IMG/VR virus record: IMGVR_UViG_3300031469_000005
Coordinates: 1-64,000 of that record
Reading direction: 5' to 3' (one strand)
DNA: 64,000 bases
From: a virus
Positions 38,966-48,466 of this stretch are shown piece by piece; within the stretch, counting starts at the first letter, position 1, and every line of letters begins with the position of its first letter. The notes beneath the pieces were generated by a model. It worked only from the letters and a program-made list of their open reading frames with translations, did no database searches and was not told the DNA's origin. A program made the position numbers and the translations under genes.

Positions 38966-39283
38966 GTGAACAAGTCGATCAAAGAGAGCGAGCTTCGTGT
39001 CATGATCAAAGAACTTTTCGGTGGAAGTGAAAATCCATCGCAAACTCTCTTGAACATGCCTCCTCCGAACGTTCCTAACTACGGAAATCCTGAAGATGAT
39101 GTTGTTAACGTTAATGCGATTGTCGATCATGACACTGCGGATGATTGTGACATTGTACGGGCCGAGCGTCGAAAGGACGAAGAAGAGTACGACGACGCGT
39201 TGTTCATAGACGTTGGAACACATACTTTTCAGGAACGCGTTGAATTGACGATTCGTGAAGAGATTCGAAGGTTGATCAAGTAA
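38966..39283 (+). CDS. Putative head-associated protein
   Basis: ATAGTTA upstream; ESELRVMIKE N-terminus. Confidence 0.55.
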   Translation: MNKSIKESELRVMIKELFGGSENPSQTLLNMPPPNVPNYGNPEDDVVNVNAIVDHDTADDCDIVRAERRKDEEEYDDALFIDVGTHTFQERVELTIREEIRRLIK

Positions 39284-40033
39284 ATGCAAACTATCGTCTC
39301 AGCAATTCAATTCGCTCCCAAGCTTTTGGACGTTCGTTCCAACATCGTTCAAGCTCAAATGCTCGTGCATGAAGCTGCGATCAAGGGAGCCCGAGTCATC
39401 GTTCTACCCGAGTTGTGCCTGAGCGGGTTCGTCATTCGTGAAGCTCGAGAAGCGTTCGATTGTTGTCAACAAAAGGACGGTTACCAGACCGAAGCATTCG
39501 CTCCGTTCGCTCAGATGTACAATTGCCACATCGTTCTTGGTTACATCGAACTTTACGAGGGGAAACTTTACAATAGCGCGGTGACGATTGGACCCAGCGG
39601 TATCACTGCGAACGCTCAAAAACGAAACCTCCACGGCAACGATGCGTTGTGGGCGACCCCCAGTGAACGTATGTCGGAGATCACCGTTACCGATCACGGT
39701 CGTCTTGGAGCACTGATTTGCAAGGACATTGCGAACAACTTTCGTGAATCATACAAGTTCTTCAGACCAGAACATAAATTCTACCATAAAGGCTCGGTTG
39801 ACACGATCTGTCTTCCTACGAATTGGGGAAACGGATTTTCGTATCCCGATTCGAGTTGGGTTGATTTGTCGGAAAGCATGAACTGCAACGTTATCGTTGC
39901 AAATCGTGTAGGTCGTGAGCGTGACATGAAATTCAAGGGTGGTTCTGCAGTCATTGATCGCAATCAGAAGATCTATACGAATGGAAGTAATTTTGTCACT
40001 TCGGCCGTTGTAGGTGGTATGATTTGTCTATGA
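39284..40033 (+). CDS. Carbon-nitrogen hydrolase (nitrilase superfamily)
   Basis: E-K-C triad: VLPEL, YNSA..QKRNL, LICKD; ANRVG; GGSAVID. Confidence 0.9.
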   Translation: MQTIVSAIQFAPKLLDVRSNIVQAQMLVHEAAIKGARVIVLPELCLSGFVIREAREAFDCCQQKDGYQTEAFAPFAQMYNCHIVLGYIELYEGKLYNSAVTIGPSGITANAQKRNLHGNDALWATPSERMSEITVTDHGRLGALICKDIANNFRESYKFFRPEHKFYHKGSVDTICLPTNWGNGFSYPDSSWVDLSESMNCNVIVANRVGRERDMKFKGGSAVIDRNQKIYTNGSNFVTSAVVGGMICL

Positions 40034-40401
40034 AACTTTCAGACCTTCATGAGGGATACATACGTCAAGCGGAGCGGCCTCTATTCGGGGGTCATCGCAT
40101 GCCCATCACTGCGATCACAAGCGATTCAAAACCGATCATTGCGATCGAAAAATGGCGCATTCGTGATGAAGGTCTTGAAAAGAAGTACGCATTCATGAAC
40201 GATGTTCTCAGGAACAAGTTTCTGAACTTTGTTTTCGAATTCGAAGCGGAGGCGGGACACCACGCTCAAATGACGATAGATCATCTTCAAGTGTTCCTGA
40301 GACTACAAACGAAGGACGTCGGAAAGATCACCGAGCTTGATAAAGAATTTGCACGCTTTTGCGATGCAACCTTCAAAGACGTAATGTACAATGAGTTGTA
40401 A
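40030..40401 (+). CDS. Pterin-4a-carbinolamine dehydratase-like
   Basis: GHHAQM..LQTKDVGKITELD motif. Confidence 0.8.
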   Translation: MKLSDLHEGYIRQAERPLFGGHRMPITAITSDSKPIIAIEKWRIRDEGLEKKYAFMNDVLRNKFLNFVFEFEAEAGHHAQMTIDHLQVFLRLQTKDVGKITELDKEFARFCDATFKDVMYNEL

Positions 40402-40551
40402 TGCCAACAAAGTCGCCCGGAAGCAAACGAGCTCGTAAGTCAAGGATCAATCGTTGGAAACCGTGTGGCAGCGATTGCATCATTTGCCAACCTAAATTGA
40501 TGTTACCAAAGTTTCGTCTCAAGCGTGATGCCTTGAAAGGTACCGACCGCA

Positions 40552-41052
40552 ATGAATGAAAAACTCAACATCCTTGGAATGGATTACAACGACATGAAGG
40601 TTGCGAATCCCATTCCTTACAAGGATTTGCCAGGCAACGTGATGATGTCTGATTCGTTGAAGGGGCTTCTCCCCGATAACCTCATGAACGATGATCTAGT
40701 AAAACTTCAAGAAAATACATGGCACGCGGTTGTCGAAGTTGTTTTCAGAAATGACGAACGTTTGAATATCGTAGGGATGTTGACGGACTTGAGTGAGAAT
40801 GATTTCAAACGTTCGATTTCTTTAAAAACGGATGCGATGGATGCAATGATGCTTCAGGTTCGTTTCATGAATCAAGGAAACATCATTGCATTCGACAAGA
40901 TCGTTTCATTGCAATTAAGCAATGGAAATGTCGATGAACCCGTATCGTTCGACGTGAAGACCTGGTCACTAAAAGGTTGCAGGGTTCACGACATCGACTA
41001 CAAATCGAACCTTGCATGTCTTTCGTTGTCGTTTACACGAGATGGAGAATAG
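40552..41052 (+). CDS. Hypothetical protein
   Basis: 166 aa ORF in the operon. Confidence 0.55.
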   Translation: MNEKLNILGMDYNDMKVANPIPYKDLPGNVMMSDSLKGLLPDNLMNDDLVKLQENTWHAVVEVVFRNDERLNIVGMLTDLSENDFKRSISLKTDAMDAMMLQVRFMNQGNIIAFDKIVSLQLSNGNVDEPVSFDVKTWSLKGCRVHDIDYKSNLACLSLSFTRDGE

Positions 41053-41059
41053 TTAGAAC

Positions 41060-41206
41060 ATGAACTTTGACAAATTCATGGACGAGATTCTCGTAAAAGA
41101 AGTCCAAAAGAAGAAAAATCCTCAAAAGACTGAGACGGGACAAAGAACTCGTGTCAAGCTTTATCAAGAGAAACCTTCGAATCGAACCAAGTGGGTGAAG
41201 AAATGA
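41060..41206 (+). CDS. Small basic ORF (48 aa, not in the track)
   Basis: ATAGTTA at 41049; MNFDKFMDEILVKE; ATGA overlap with 41203. Confidence 0.55.
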   Translation: MNFDKFMDEILVKEVQKKKNPQKTETGQRTRVKLYQEKPSNRTKWVKK

Positions 41207-41820
41207 AGACCATTGGATCAATGATCGATCAAATCATTCTCGAAGCATCGAACAAGAACGATGTTGCTTTGAACGAGAAAGAAAAACAAGTTCACCTCTC
41301 CGCAAAAAATTCAGATTCAGGCGGGGGAGACTCATCGTCAGCACAGTCAAGCGCTTCAACGAAACCACGTGATGATGACAAGGAGCAGGTCAACCAAGAA
41401 AAAGAAAAGGACGATGTCGCAGCGATGCAAACCGCACCCGATGTTGATCAGATCATCGAGAAGCTCAATTCAATTCGTTCCGGTAAATCACTACACGATA
41501 GCGCTGTGAAGGAACGATTCGAAGGTTACATCAACGATCTCAAAGATCCTGAGAAAGTTGCTTTGTTCGCGTTCTTAAAGGGAATTGCGCAAATCATAAC
41601 GGGCGACCTAGAACCGACTCAAGCTGTTGAGCCCGAGGATGATCCGGCAAAGGTTCACATGCACAAAAAGGATCGTGATCAACATAACGGAAAGAAATTG
41701 CAAAAGGTTCACCCAAAGACGAATGTCATCAAGAAGCAAACTCCATCGAATGGTAAGGGTTCATCGTCGGGGGCGGAAGATTCTACACCTCCGGCACCCG
41801 TAATTCCAAAAAATCGTTAA
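41203..41820 (+). CDS. Putative head-associated protein, low complexity
   Basis: IDQIILEA N-terminus; IIEKLNSIRSGKSL core. Confidence 0.6.
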   Translation: MKTIGSMIDQIILEASNKNDVALNEKEKQVHLSAKNSDSGGGDSSSAQSSASTKPRDDDKEQVNQEKEKDDVAAMQTAPDVDQIIEKLNSIRSGKSLHDSAVKERFEGYINDLKDPEKVALFAFLKGIAQIITGDLEPTQAVEPEDDPAKVHMHKKDRDQHNGKKLQKVHPKTNVIKKQTPSNGKGSSSGAEDSTPPAPVIPKNR

Positions 41821-42174
41821 TCAATATTTTTAAATCATTTTCATTTTGAATTTGTTTGCATATGCTTTCAGAAATTCTGAGTAATTGTATTTTCAATGGA
41901 TTTAATCATTTCATGATACGTATTCATGAACGGGGGGTATTGTACTAGTAGTTATGAGCGAGATCAGATCATTGTCGGGTGAATTCGTTGATAAACGATC
42001 CATAGAGCTACCGAACGGTCAAATGCTTGAGATCGAAATGACTCAAGCATTCATCACTCGTCTTGTTGAACAATTCAAGCTTGCGTTCGCCAGTGAGTTA
42101 ACCGATGACATGATTCGCTTGTACGTCTGGGGTTCATTGAAAAATGCGACAGACAAAGCTGAAAAGGAGATCAA

Positions 42175-42636
42175 GTGACCGAAAGAGGATTCTTTGCAAT
42201 CGGCATCGAACGATGCAAGACGGGACAAAACTTGGGATCACTGTGGAGGTCTGCGTACTTGAACAACGCGAGCTTCATTTTCACTGTCGGTAGACGATAC
42301 TCATTGAAGAAAGATGTCGGAATTGCTGATACAGTGAAAGCCTGGCGATCGATTCCGTTGATGCATTTCGATACCGTCGACCATTTGATCGAAGGTCTTC
42401 CGTATTCAACGCCCCTGATCGGAATTGAACTCGACGATAGGGCAAAGATGTTATCTGAGTTCACGCATCCCGAACGAGGATGCTACGTTTTGGGTTCGGA
42501 GGATCACGGTCTTTCGAAGGAAATGATCTCAAGATGTCATTCGCTTGTTAAGCTACCTGGTACGATGTCGATGAACGTTGCATGTGCGGGGGCCATCGTG
42601 ATGTACGATAGGTTCACGAAAAGAGAACAAAAATGA
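42175..42636 (+). CDS. SpoU/TrmH family RNA 2'-O-methyltransferase
   Basis: NLGSLWRSA, VLGSEDHGLS, SMNVACAGAIVMYD. Confidence 0.9.
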   Translation: MTERGFFAIGIERCKTGQNLGSLWRSAYLNNASFIFTVGRRYSLKKDVGIADTVKAWRSIPLMHFDTVDHLIEGLPYSTPLIGIELDDRAKMLSEFTHPERGCYVLGSEDHGLSKEMISRCHSLVKLPGTMSMNVACAGAIVMYDRFTKREQK

Positions 42637-42856
42637 GTGCAGAAATTTCAGATACAGAAAGATTTGACATGCTCGTTAGCAGTATTCGTTTGCTGGAAGA
42701 GAAACTAAAATCTGCGAACGATCGCAATGCACGTCTCGTGACAATGAACGATGAACTTCGTGATCGAGCCACGATGGCCGAAAAAACGATTGAAGACATG
42801 AAAAAATTGATTGAAATCTATTCAAAGAATTTATTCGAACATGAAAGAACAAGCAT

Positions 42857-44080
42857 ATGACGGGGGCGGCTGGGCATATCAGTCATTTGTATGAAAATCT
42901 TGATCTGACATTTTCGGACATTAAAAACGTCTTAACGCTTGCTTCGAAAGGAGAGCTTGAATCCGTCACTGAAAAGATCGACGGGATCAACCTCATGTTC
43001 TCTTTCGATGCCCAGAAGGGCCTTCGAGTCGCTCGTTCGACCACCGAAATGAAGATCGGTGGATTGGGTTCAATCGATCTTTCAGAGAAATTCGCCGATC
43101 GAGGCAACGTTAAAGCAGCATTCAGCACGGGCTTTGAGATGCTCGAAAAAGCAATCAGCGTCATTCCTGAGCACGATATCCTCAAGATCTTTGGAACGAA
43201 ATTGAACCGTTGGTTCTCCGTCGAGATAGTGTACTCACCCTTGGTTAACGTCATCAATTACGATGGAAACCATCTCGTTTTTCATGAATCGCCCGTCATT
43301 GAGATGAATCATGGATTGATTGCGAAATCTGCGAACGTCAACCTCGGAAAATCACTTGGAATGTACATGCACTCGATGCAAACCGCGTTGACGATGAAGA
43401 ACTGGAAAGTTTCAGCCCCCGTCTTCATCAAAATGCAAGCAATGAGCGATGGGTCGGTATTGACGAAACACTTGAGCGCGATAGAATCCGCAATGACGAT
43501 TGCGAACGTGAACGATTCAAATACGATTCGTGACTACCTGTACGGCATGGCAACATTCGAACTTGAATCGTTCGGTTGGCAACGCAAGATCGTTGATGCT
43601 ATTGCAAATCGCATTGCAAAGAAGCCAGATGCTCAGAACCTCATTCAATTGAAAAAGTTGGTGGGTTCGGCGGATCGTGATCGTTTGGATGCGTTCGTAA
43701 AGAACGAGAACACGATGAAGAAACGTTGGCTTCAACCGATCGAAAGCGCGATAACAAGCCTATCGATTGACATTCTCGGGTCACTTCGATCATCTTTTAT
43801 GGGTAACCATGCATCGGAAGTGAAGAGGCTTAGAGACCGTCTCACGAAAGCAATCGGTGCCATTCAACAAAGCAACGATGCGAATGCGGTGAACGTATTG
43901 ACGACGCAAATGCAACGTTTAGGAGATGTTGATAACGTGTCAAGCTCAATGGAAGGAATCGTCTTTACGTACAAAGGTCAGACGTACAAGTTCTGCGGAG
44001 CTTTCGCGCTGTTGAATCAGATCTTGGCTTTATTCAAGTTCGGGTCAATGTCGAGCTTCGATCTTGACGCTGGACTGTGA
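42857..44080 (+). CDS. Ligase-like covalent nucleotidyltransferase of unknown function
   Basis: TEKIDG (motif I), SVEIVY (III), EGIVF..TYK (IV/V); N-terminal GHISHLY. Confidence 0.6.
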   Translation: MTGAAGHISHLYENLDLTFSDIKNVLTLASKGELESVTEKIDGINLMFSFDAQKGLRVARSTTEMKIGGLGSIDLSEKFADRGNVKAAFSTGFEMLEKAISVIPEHDILKIFGTKLNRWFSVEIVYSPLVNVINYDGNHLVFHESPVIEMNHGLIAKSANVNLGKSLGMYMHSMQTALTMKNWKVSAPVFIKMQAMSDGSVLTKHLSAIESAMTIANVNDSNTIRDYLYGMATFELESFGWQRKIVDAIANRIAKKPDAQNLIQLKKLVGSADRDRLDAFVKNENTMKKRWLQPIESAITSLSIDILGSLRSSFMGNHASEVKRLRDRLTKAIGAIQQSNDANAVNVLTTQMQRLGDVDNVSSSMEGIVFTYKGQTYKFCGAFALLNQILALFKFGSMSSFDLDAGL

Positions 44081-44557
44081 ACGATTCGAGCGTGTTCGGG
44101 CAAACGTATCATCTTTCATCAAAGAAAACACAAGATTGTTCATGGTATATAATTGACTTGATGTACGGAAAACAGGTTTACTTTTGCAACAATTGCGGTT
44201 CAAAGAAGTACACGGAACTTCCGAACGTCATGGGGCGGGCGTGGCGTTGTTGTTCCAGCAAGTGTCTCAATGACATCCTTTTGAAGGAATCACGGTCAAT
44301 ATGTGGGGATTCGAGCGAGGATCCAGATGTTGCATTTCGTCGAATGGTTACCGACGCAGAAGAAGCGCTGAGAAAATGTCGAGAGGGTGAAATTCAACCA
44401 CCGATCGTCGTTCAAGATGGGGCAAGAGGTTATACCACACCACGAGGTGACACGAAATGAACATATTCGACGTTGCAGGAACGATGATGTTCATCTATGG
44501 GATCATTTTGATTGTCATGTATTTTGTGAAAAGGAATTCTTCGAAGAGGAAATCAAA

Positions 44558-45382
44558 GTGAACGAAGGTGGGAGGGTATTTCCCACCTCGATGCCGGTGT
44601 CATTGGGTCAGTACGCAAAGTTCATTCGCACCGAGCTCTACGAATTCCTACGAAAATACGACTTGGATAACTTCCACGGTATCGGTTCAACTGGCAAAGC
44701 TCCGACAATGCAGGACGTTGATCTCGCTTGCGAAAGCGAGTTGACTCGTAATGAGGTATACGACAAGCTCGTCCAGGACTTGGGAACAGAGAAGGTCAAG
44801 AAAGTTGGATCAATCGGGTTATCATTGCTGTACAACGACGAAATTCAGGTCGACGTGTTCATTGGTGACATTCGATACCTGCGATGGTCGAGAGCGTCAT
44901 GCTCATACAGGAACGGTTACGGGTTGCTCAAGGGCGCGTTTCGAAACATGCTTCTGAACTCGACATTGAGGGTTCAATCATCGAAGGAATTCAAGAGCGA
45001 AGATCCGTTGCTTAGAACGCGACGAACGCTCGATTTCGACACGGGTTTCTACCTCGTGAAGCAAACGAAGCACGGAAAAACGGTTGAGCTAAAGGATTGG
45101 AAAACGACGGATCGAGAATTCATCACTAACGTTCCGGATGACATTGTCTATGCAATCCTGGGCAACGACGGATGGCAATGGAAATCACGGTACGTACGCT
45201 CCGTCGAGGAGCTTGTTCCACTTTTGAAGCGATCAATCAAGACTCGAGACTACGCTCAAGAGATCTTTGAAGAATTCATGAAGGACGTTAACTCGCTCGA
45301 CAGGTCCGTCAAGATGTTCGGAAAGCAACCCGACCTCGTGCTCGATCTGCTTCAGAACGTGATCGATAACAAGGACGTTTAG
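44558..45382 (+). CDS. Pol-beta superfamily nucleotidyltransferase
   Basis: IGSTGK..QDVDL and QVDVF; GAGGA SD before GTG. Confidence 0.7.
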   Translation: MNEGGRVFPTSMPVSLGQYAKFIRTELYEFLRKYDLDNFHGIGSTGKAPTMQDVDLACESELTRNEVYDKLVQDLGTEKVKKVGSIGLSLLYNDEIQVDVFIGDIRYLRWSRASCSYRNGYGLLKGAFRNMLLNSTLRVQSSKEFKSEDPLLRTRRTLDFDTGFYLVKQTKHGKTVELKDWKTTDREFITNVPDDIVYAILGNDGWQWKSRYVRSVEELVPLLKRSIKTRDYAQEIFEEFMKDVNSLDRSVKMFGKQPDLVLDLLQNVIDNKDV

Positions 45383-45400
45383 TTGTTCAAATAAAGATAT

Positions 45401-45766
45401 TTATTTGAGATTCAAAGCGTTGCGGACGTTGCATACGTCGGCGAGAATGACGGCTACTTTCTTCGCAAGCTCGAGCTCAACCTCAGAAGGAACGTGAGGT
45501 TTCACTTTGGCTTGGCTTTGTGCAAGCAATGTCTTAGCGAGCGAAAGCGTCATCGTCACATTTCGAATCACTACGTCGTCGAGCGAAAAACGTTGAGCCG
45601 AACCTAGAACGTGAGAAACACGGGCCAATTTAGTTGAGCGACTCGCAGAGTACGCATAGACGTCAGGTTGGCAAACTACCTGTTTCTTGACGAGATCTAA
45701 GTTGATGACCACGAATTGTTCGCCCGTGGCCTTCACCGTTGCGACTCGTTGTGTGTTCGTTTCCAT
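45401..45766 (-). CDS. Hypothetical protein
   Basis: Leaderless promoter at 45773-45801 (-). Confidence 0.6.
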   Translation of the reverse strand: METNTQRVATVKATGEQFVVINLDLVKKQVVCQPDVYAYSASRSTKLARVSHVLGSAQRFSLDDVVIRNVTMTLSLAKTLLAQSQAKVKPHVPSEVELELAKKVAVILADVCNVRNALNLK

Positions 45767-45827
45767 ATGCTGATCTTATCACGATTCATGAAAGAAAACA
45801 CAAAAATGACATGTCTTATAATTGATC

Positions 45828-46751
45828 ATGCGTTCAATCCACGATGCCTTGATTCAAGAGACGCAAACAAAGAAGCTCGTGAAGCTCTTCAACCTGAAGA
45901 AACGGAACTCGAAAGAGGTTCGTAAAGCGTCGCGTCTTGAATTGTTCCAGTGGATCGCGTTGCATGAACGAAACGTTCGTAATGGGGCATTCTACGATGA
46001 TGTCAGCCTGCAGCTTCGTCATGGACGAAACAGCGACGAAGGAGTTGGGCATTCTGAATTGGCAATCAGGCATATGTTGGGCCTTGAGTTGAACACGAAC
46101 GGTACCACGAGCTCTCTCGACATCAAGGAGGAGAATTACCAAGGCGAGATAAAAGAAGTTCAGGGGACCGACGGAGCATTCATTGAAATAAAACTCAACA
46201 AGAACGCAAGGGAAGCTTGGAACGATTGTAGAAGGCGTATTCAAGAACATCCCGCTTTTTCTTCGTTGAATTCCGAATTGCTTCGATCGATTGAACGCGG
46301 TGAACTCGCATGTGGAACGATATCAAGGCTACCACTTGAGTTAAAGAAGATCATTGACGTTGATCTCGACCCGGTATTGACAATGAGGCACGAACGCAGG
46401 ATGTACTGTGGAGCAAAAGAATGCTACGTCGTGATTGAAAATGACGATTATCGACATGCGTGGATCAAGCCTCATGTCACGATGGGAGGATGCATCAAGT
46501 ACTCGTTGTCACGCCGCTACCTCGTTCTCAGAATCCTGAGGTTGCTCGCTCGTCCCGATTTTGAGTCGATTGAGATTCAATCAAGAAACAAACGAAGCGA
46601 AAGATCGTTCGTCGTGAAGGTAAACGAACGATCTTTCGAACACGATGATTGTCACATGAGAATTGACGAGAAGGAATACTCATTGAGAAACGTCATCAGT
46701 TCCTACGAACGATTGTTCAAGAATTTGATGTTGCCGCTATCCGCGCCTTGA
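45828..46751 (+). CDS. Hypothetical protein, possible PD-(D/E)xK nuclease
   Basis: E..SLDI..GEIK pattern; weak. Confidence 0.4.
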   Translation: MRSIHDALIQETQTKKLVKLFNLKKRNSKEVRKASRLELFQWIALHERNVRNGAFYDDVSLQLRHGRNSDEGVGHSELAIRHMLGLELNTNGTTSSLDIKEENYQGEIKEVQGTDGAFIEIKLNKNAREAWNDCRRRIQEHPAFSSLNSELLRSIERGELACGTISRLPLELKKIIDVDLDPVLTMRHERRMYCGAKECYVVIENDDYRHAWIKPHVTMGGCIKYSLSRRYLVLRILRLLARPDFESIEIQSRNKRSERSFVVKVNERSFEHDDCHMRIDEKEYSLRNVISSYERLFKNLMLPLSAP

Positions 46752-47187
46752 TCGATCGACAAAGGTATTTGAAACGAGCACCGCCTTCATTTTTACCAAA
46801 AATCTTTCCGAAAAACGAATTGTCTGATCATTGATCCCAGCATCGTTCGTAGCCTTCGTTGCAATGCTGCGTCAAGAATGTTCCCGTAGATGCTTTTCAA
46901 GAGGATGCAAAGCAATTCAATTTTCGTTGAAAAATTCTTGACGCACTCATCCTTCATTGAGTCGCTGCAATTTTCGAAGTTCGTCCCATTTGCCCAACGC
47001 ATCGATGTTTGCATGTCTTTCATGCAAGATTCGACCGCGGGGAACGATTCAAAGATCCATGAAATGTCGATGTACAGTACGTTTCCAGCAATGAAATCAA
47101 TGACATCGTTCACGTCAGATTCAACGGATTCCGCTTTCAGAACCTCTCGCATCTCGTTGATGCTTTCTTGTTGATCTATCGTCAACA

Positions 47188-48279
47188 TCATGCCTCAACC
47201 TTACCATGCAATCTACCTTGAAATAGTACATTCGTTCTCTCGATGACGTTCTTTCTCCAGCGAACCAAGGTTGCATTCGATTCCACGAGATTGAATCCCA
47301 GATGCGACGCAATCATGACCAAGGTTACCAATACAACCCATTCAAAGAACTCTGCAAGACCGTTCTGGGGCCTTCCAAGAAAGTGTAGCATCACACCCAT
47401 GACGATGTAGTGAAACAAGTACGTTGAATACGATGTCTCACCGAACCTAACGAGAAGTTTCGTTATCGAACCCGTTCGAGGAATCACTGGCTCGAACAAG
47501 AGACCCGCGGTGACAATCCCGAAGGCTGACAGCAACCTCATGCCATCGAGGTCGAGATACAGGAAGCTTAGCGAGGGAGCGAGAATCATTGATGCGATTA
47601 ACGTGGAATTCTTTTCAACGAGACATGAAATGCGAGGAATGTATTTCTTGAATGTTTCAACGTTCAAGTACGACCAACCCAGCACGATTCCCAAGACGAA
47701 CTCGTAGAGCTTTCGGGTTCCCAACACCGCCCCGTAGAACCAATCCCTTTGCCAGACGATAGGTACAAGCATGAGAACGATACAACATGTTACGAAGCGA
47801 AACCTTCGTCCGAATGAAAAACACAATGCGAGCAAAACGTAGAAGAAGATTTCGATGTTCAACGTCCAACCAACGATCAGTGGAGGAAACGGTCCCAATC
47901 CCGCGGGATTTTCAGTTGGAACGAACAACAGGCTCGAAATCAATGTCTTGATGTTCCAGTCTGTGTACGAAAACTCGGCTGGAAAGATGAACTTCATCGA
48001 GATGATGATGAATGTTGCCAACCAGTACGCAGGAACGATCCTGAACATTCGGTTCAACAGGAATGTCTTTGCATCGTGCTCCTTCGACGTTGCAGCATAA
48101 AAAATGATGAAACCGCTGATGATGAAGAAAATGTCGACGCCGAAGTTTCCTTGCTGGGCAAAAAACCCCGCGAACGTTGATGACAACTCTCTGCCGAAAT
48201 GATGAAGAACGACGAGCCAGGCAGCGAGAGCCCTCAGGATCTGAATTGATTGAATGCTTGAACGAGTGTTGGAATTCAT
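47188..48279 (-). CDS. Acyltransferase family 3 (OafA-like) membrane protein
   Basis: IQILRALAAWLVVLHH, GVDIFFIISGFII, RMFRIVPAYW, WTLNIEIFFY, GETSYSTYLFH. Confidence 0.93.
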   Translation of the reverse strand: MNSNTRSSIQSIQILRALAAWLVVLHHFGRELSSTFAGFFAQQGNFGVDIFFIISGFIIFYAATSKEHDAKTFLLNRMFRIVPAYWLATFIIISMKFIFPAEFSYTDWNIKTLISSLLFVPTENPAGLGPFPPLIVGWTLNIEIFFYVLLALCFSFGRRFRFVTCCIVLMLVPIVWQRDWFYGAVLGTRKLYEFVLGIVLGWSYLNVETFKKYIPRISCLVEKNSTLIASMILAPSLSFLYLDLDGMRLLSAFGIVTAGLLFEPVIPRTGSITKLLVRFGETSYSTYLFHYIVMGVMLHFLGRPQNGLAEFFEWVVLVTLVMIASHLGFNLVESNATLVRWRKNVIERTNVLFQGRLHGKVEA

Positions 48280-48466
48280 TGTTGAAATTTATCCCGTTGT
48301 GATTTTGCCCAGACGAAACCGGATTGTATAATCTTATCACAACTTTCGTGTGATGAACCAAATCGTGGATGCCAGGATGAAAGAACTTTGCAATGATCGA
48401 CCTCGAACGTGAAAGCGACCCAGATCGTGATCCACACGATCAGTATTGCGAACGTGGTGTACTTTT

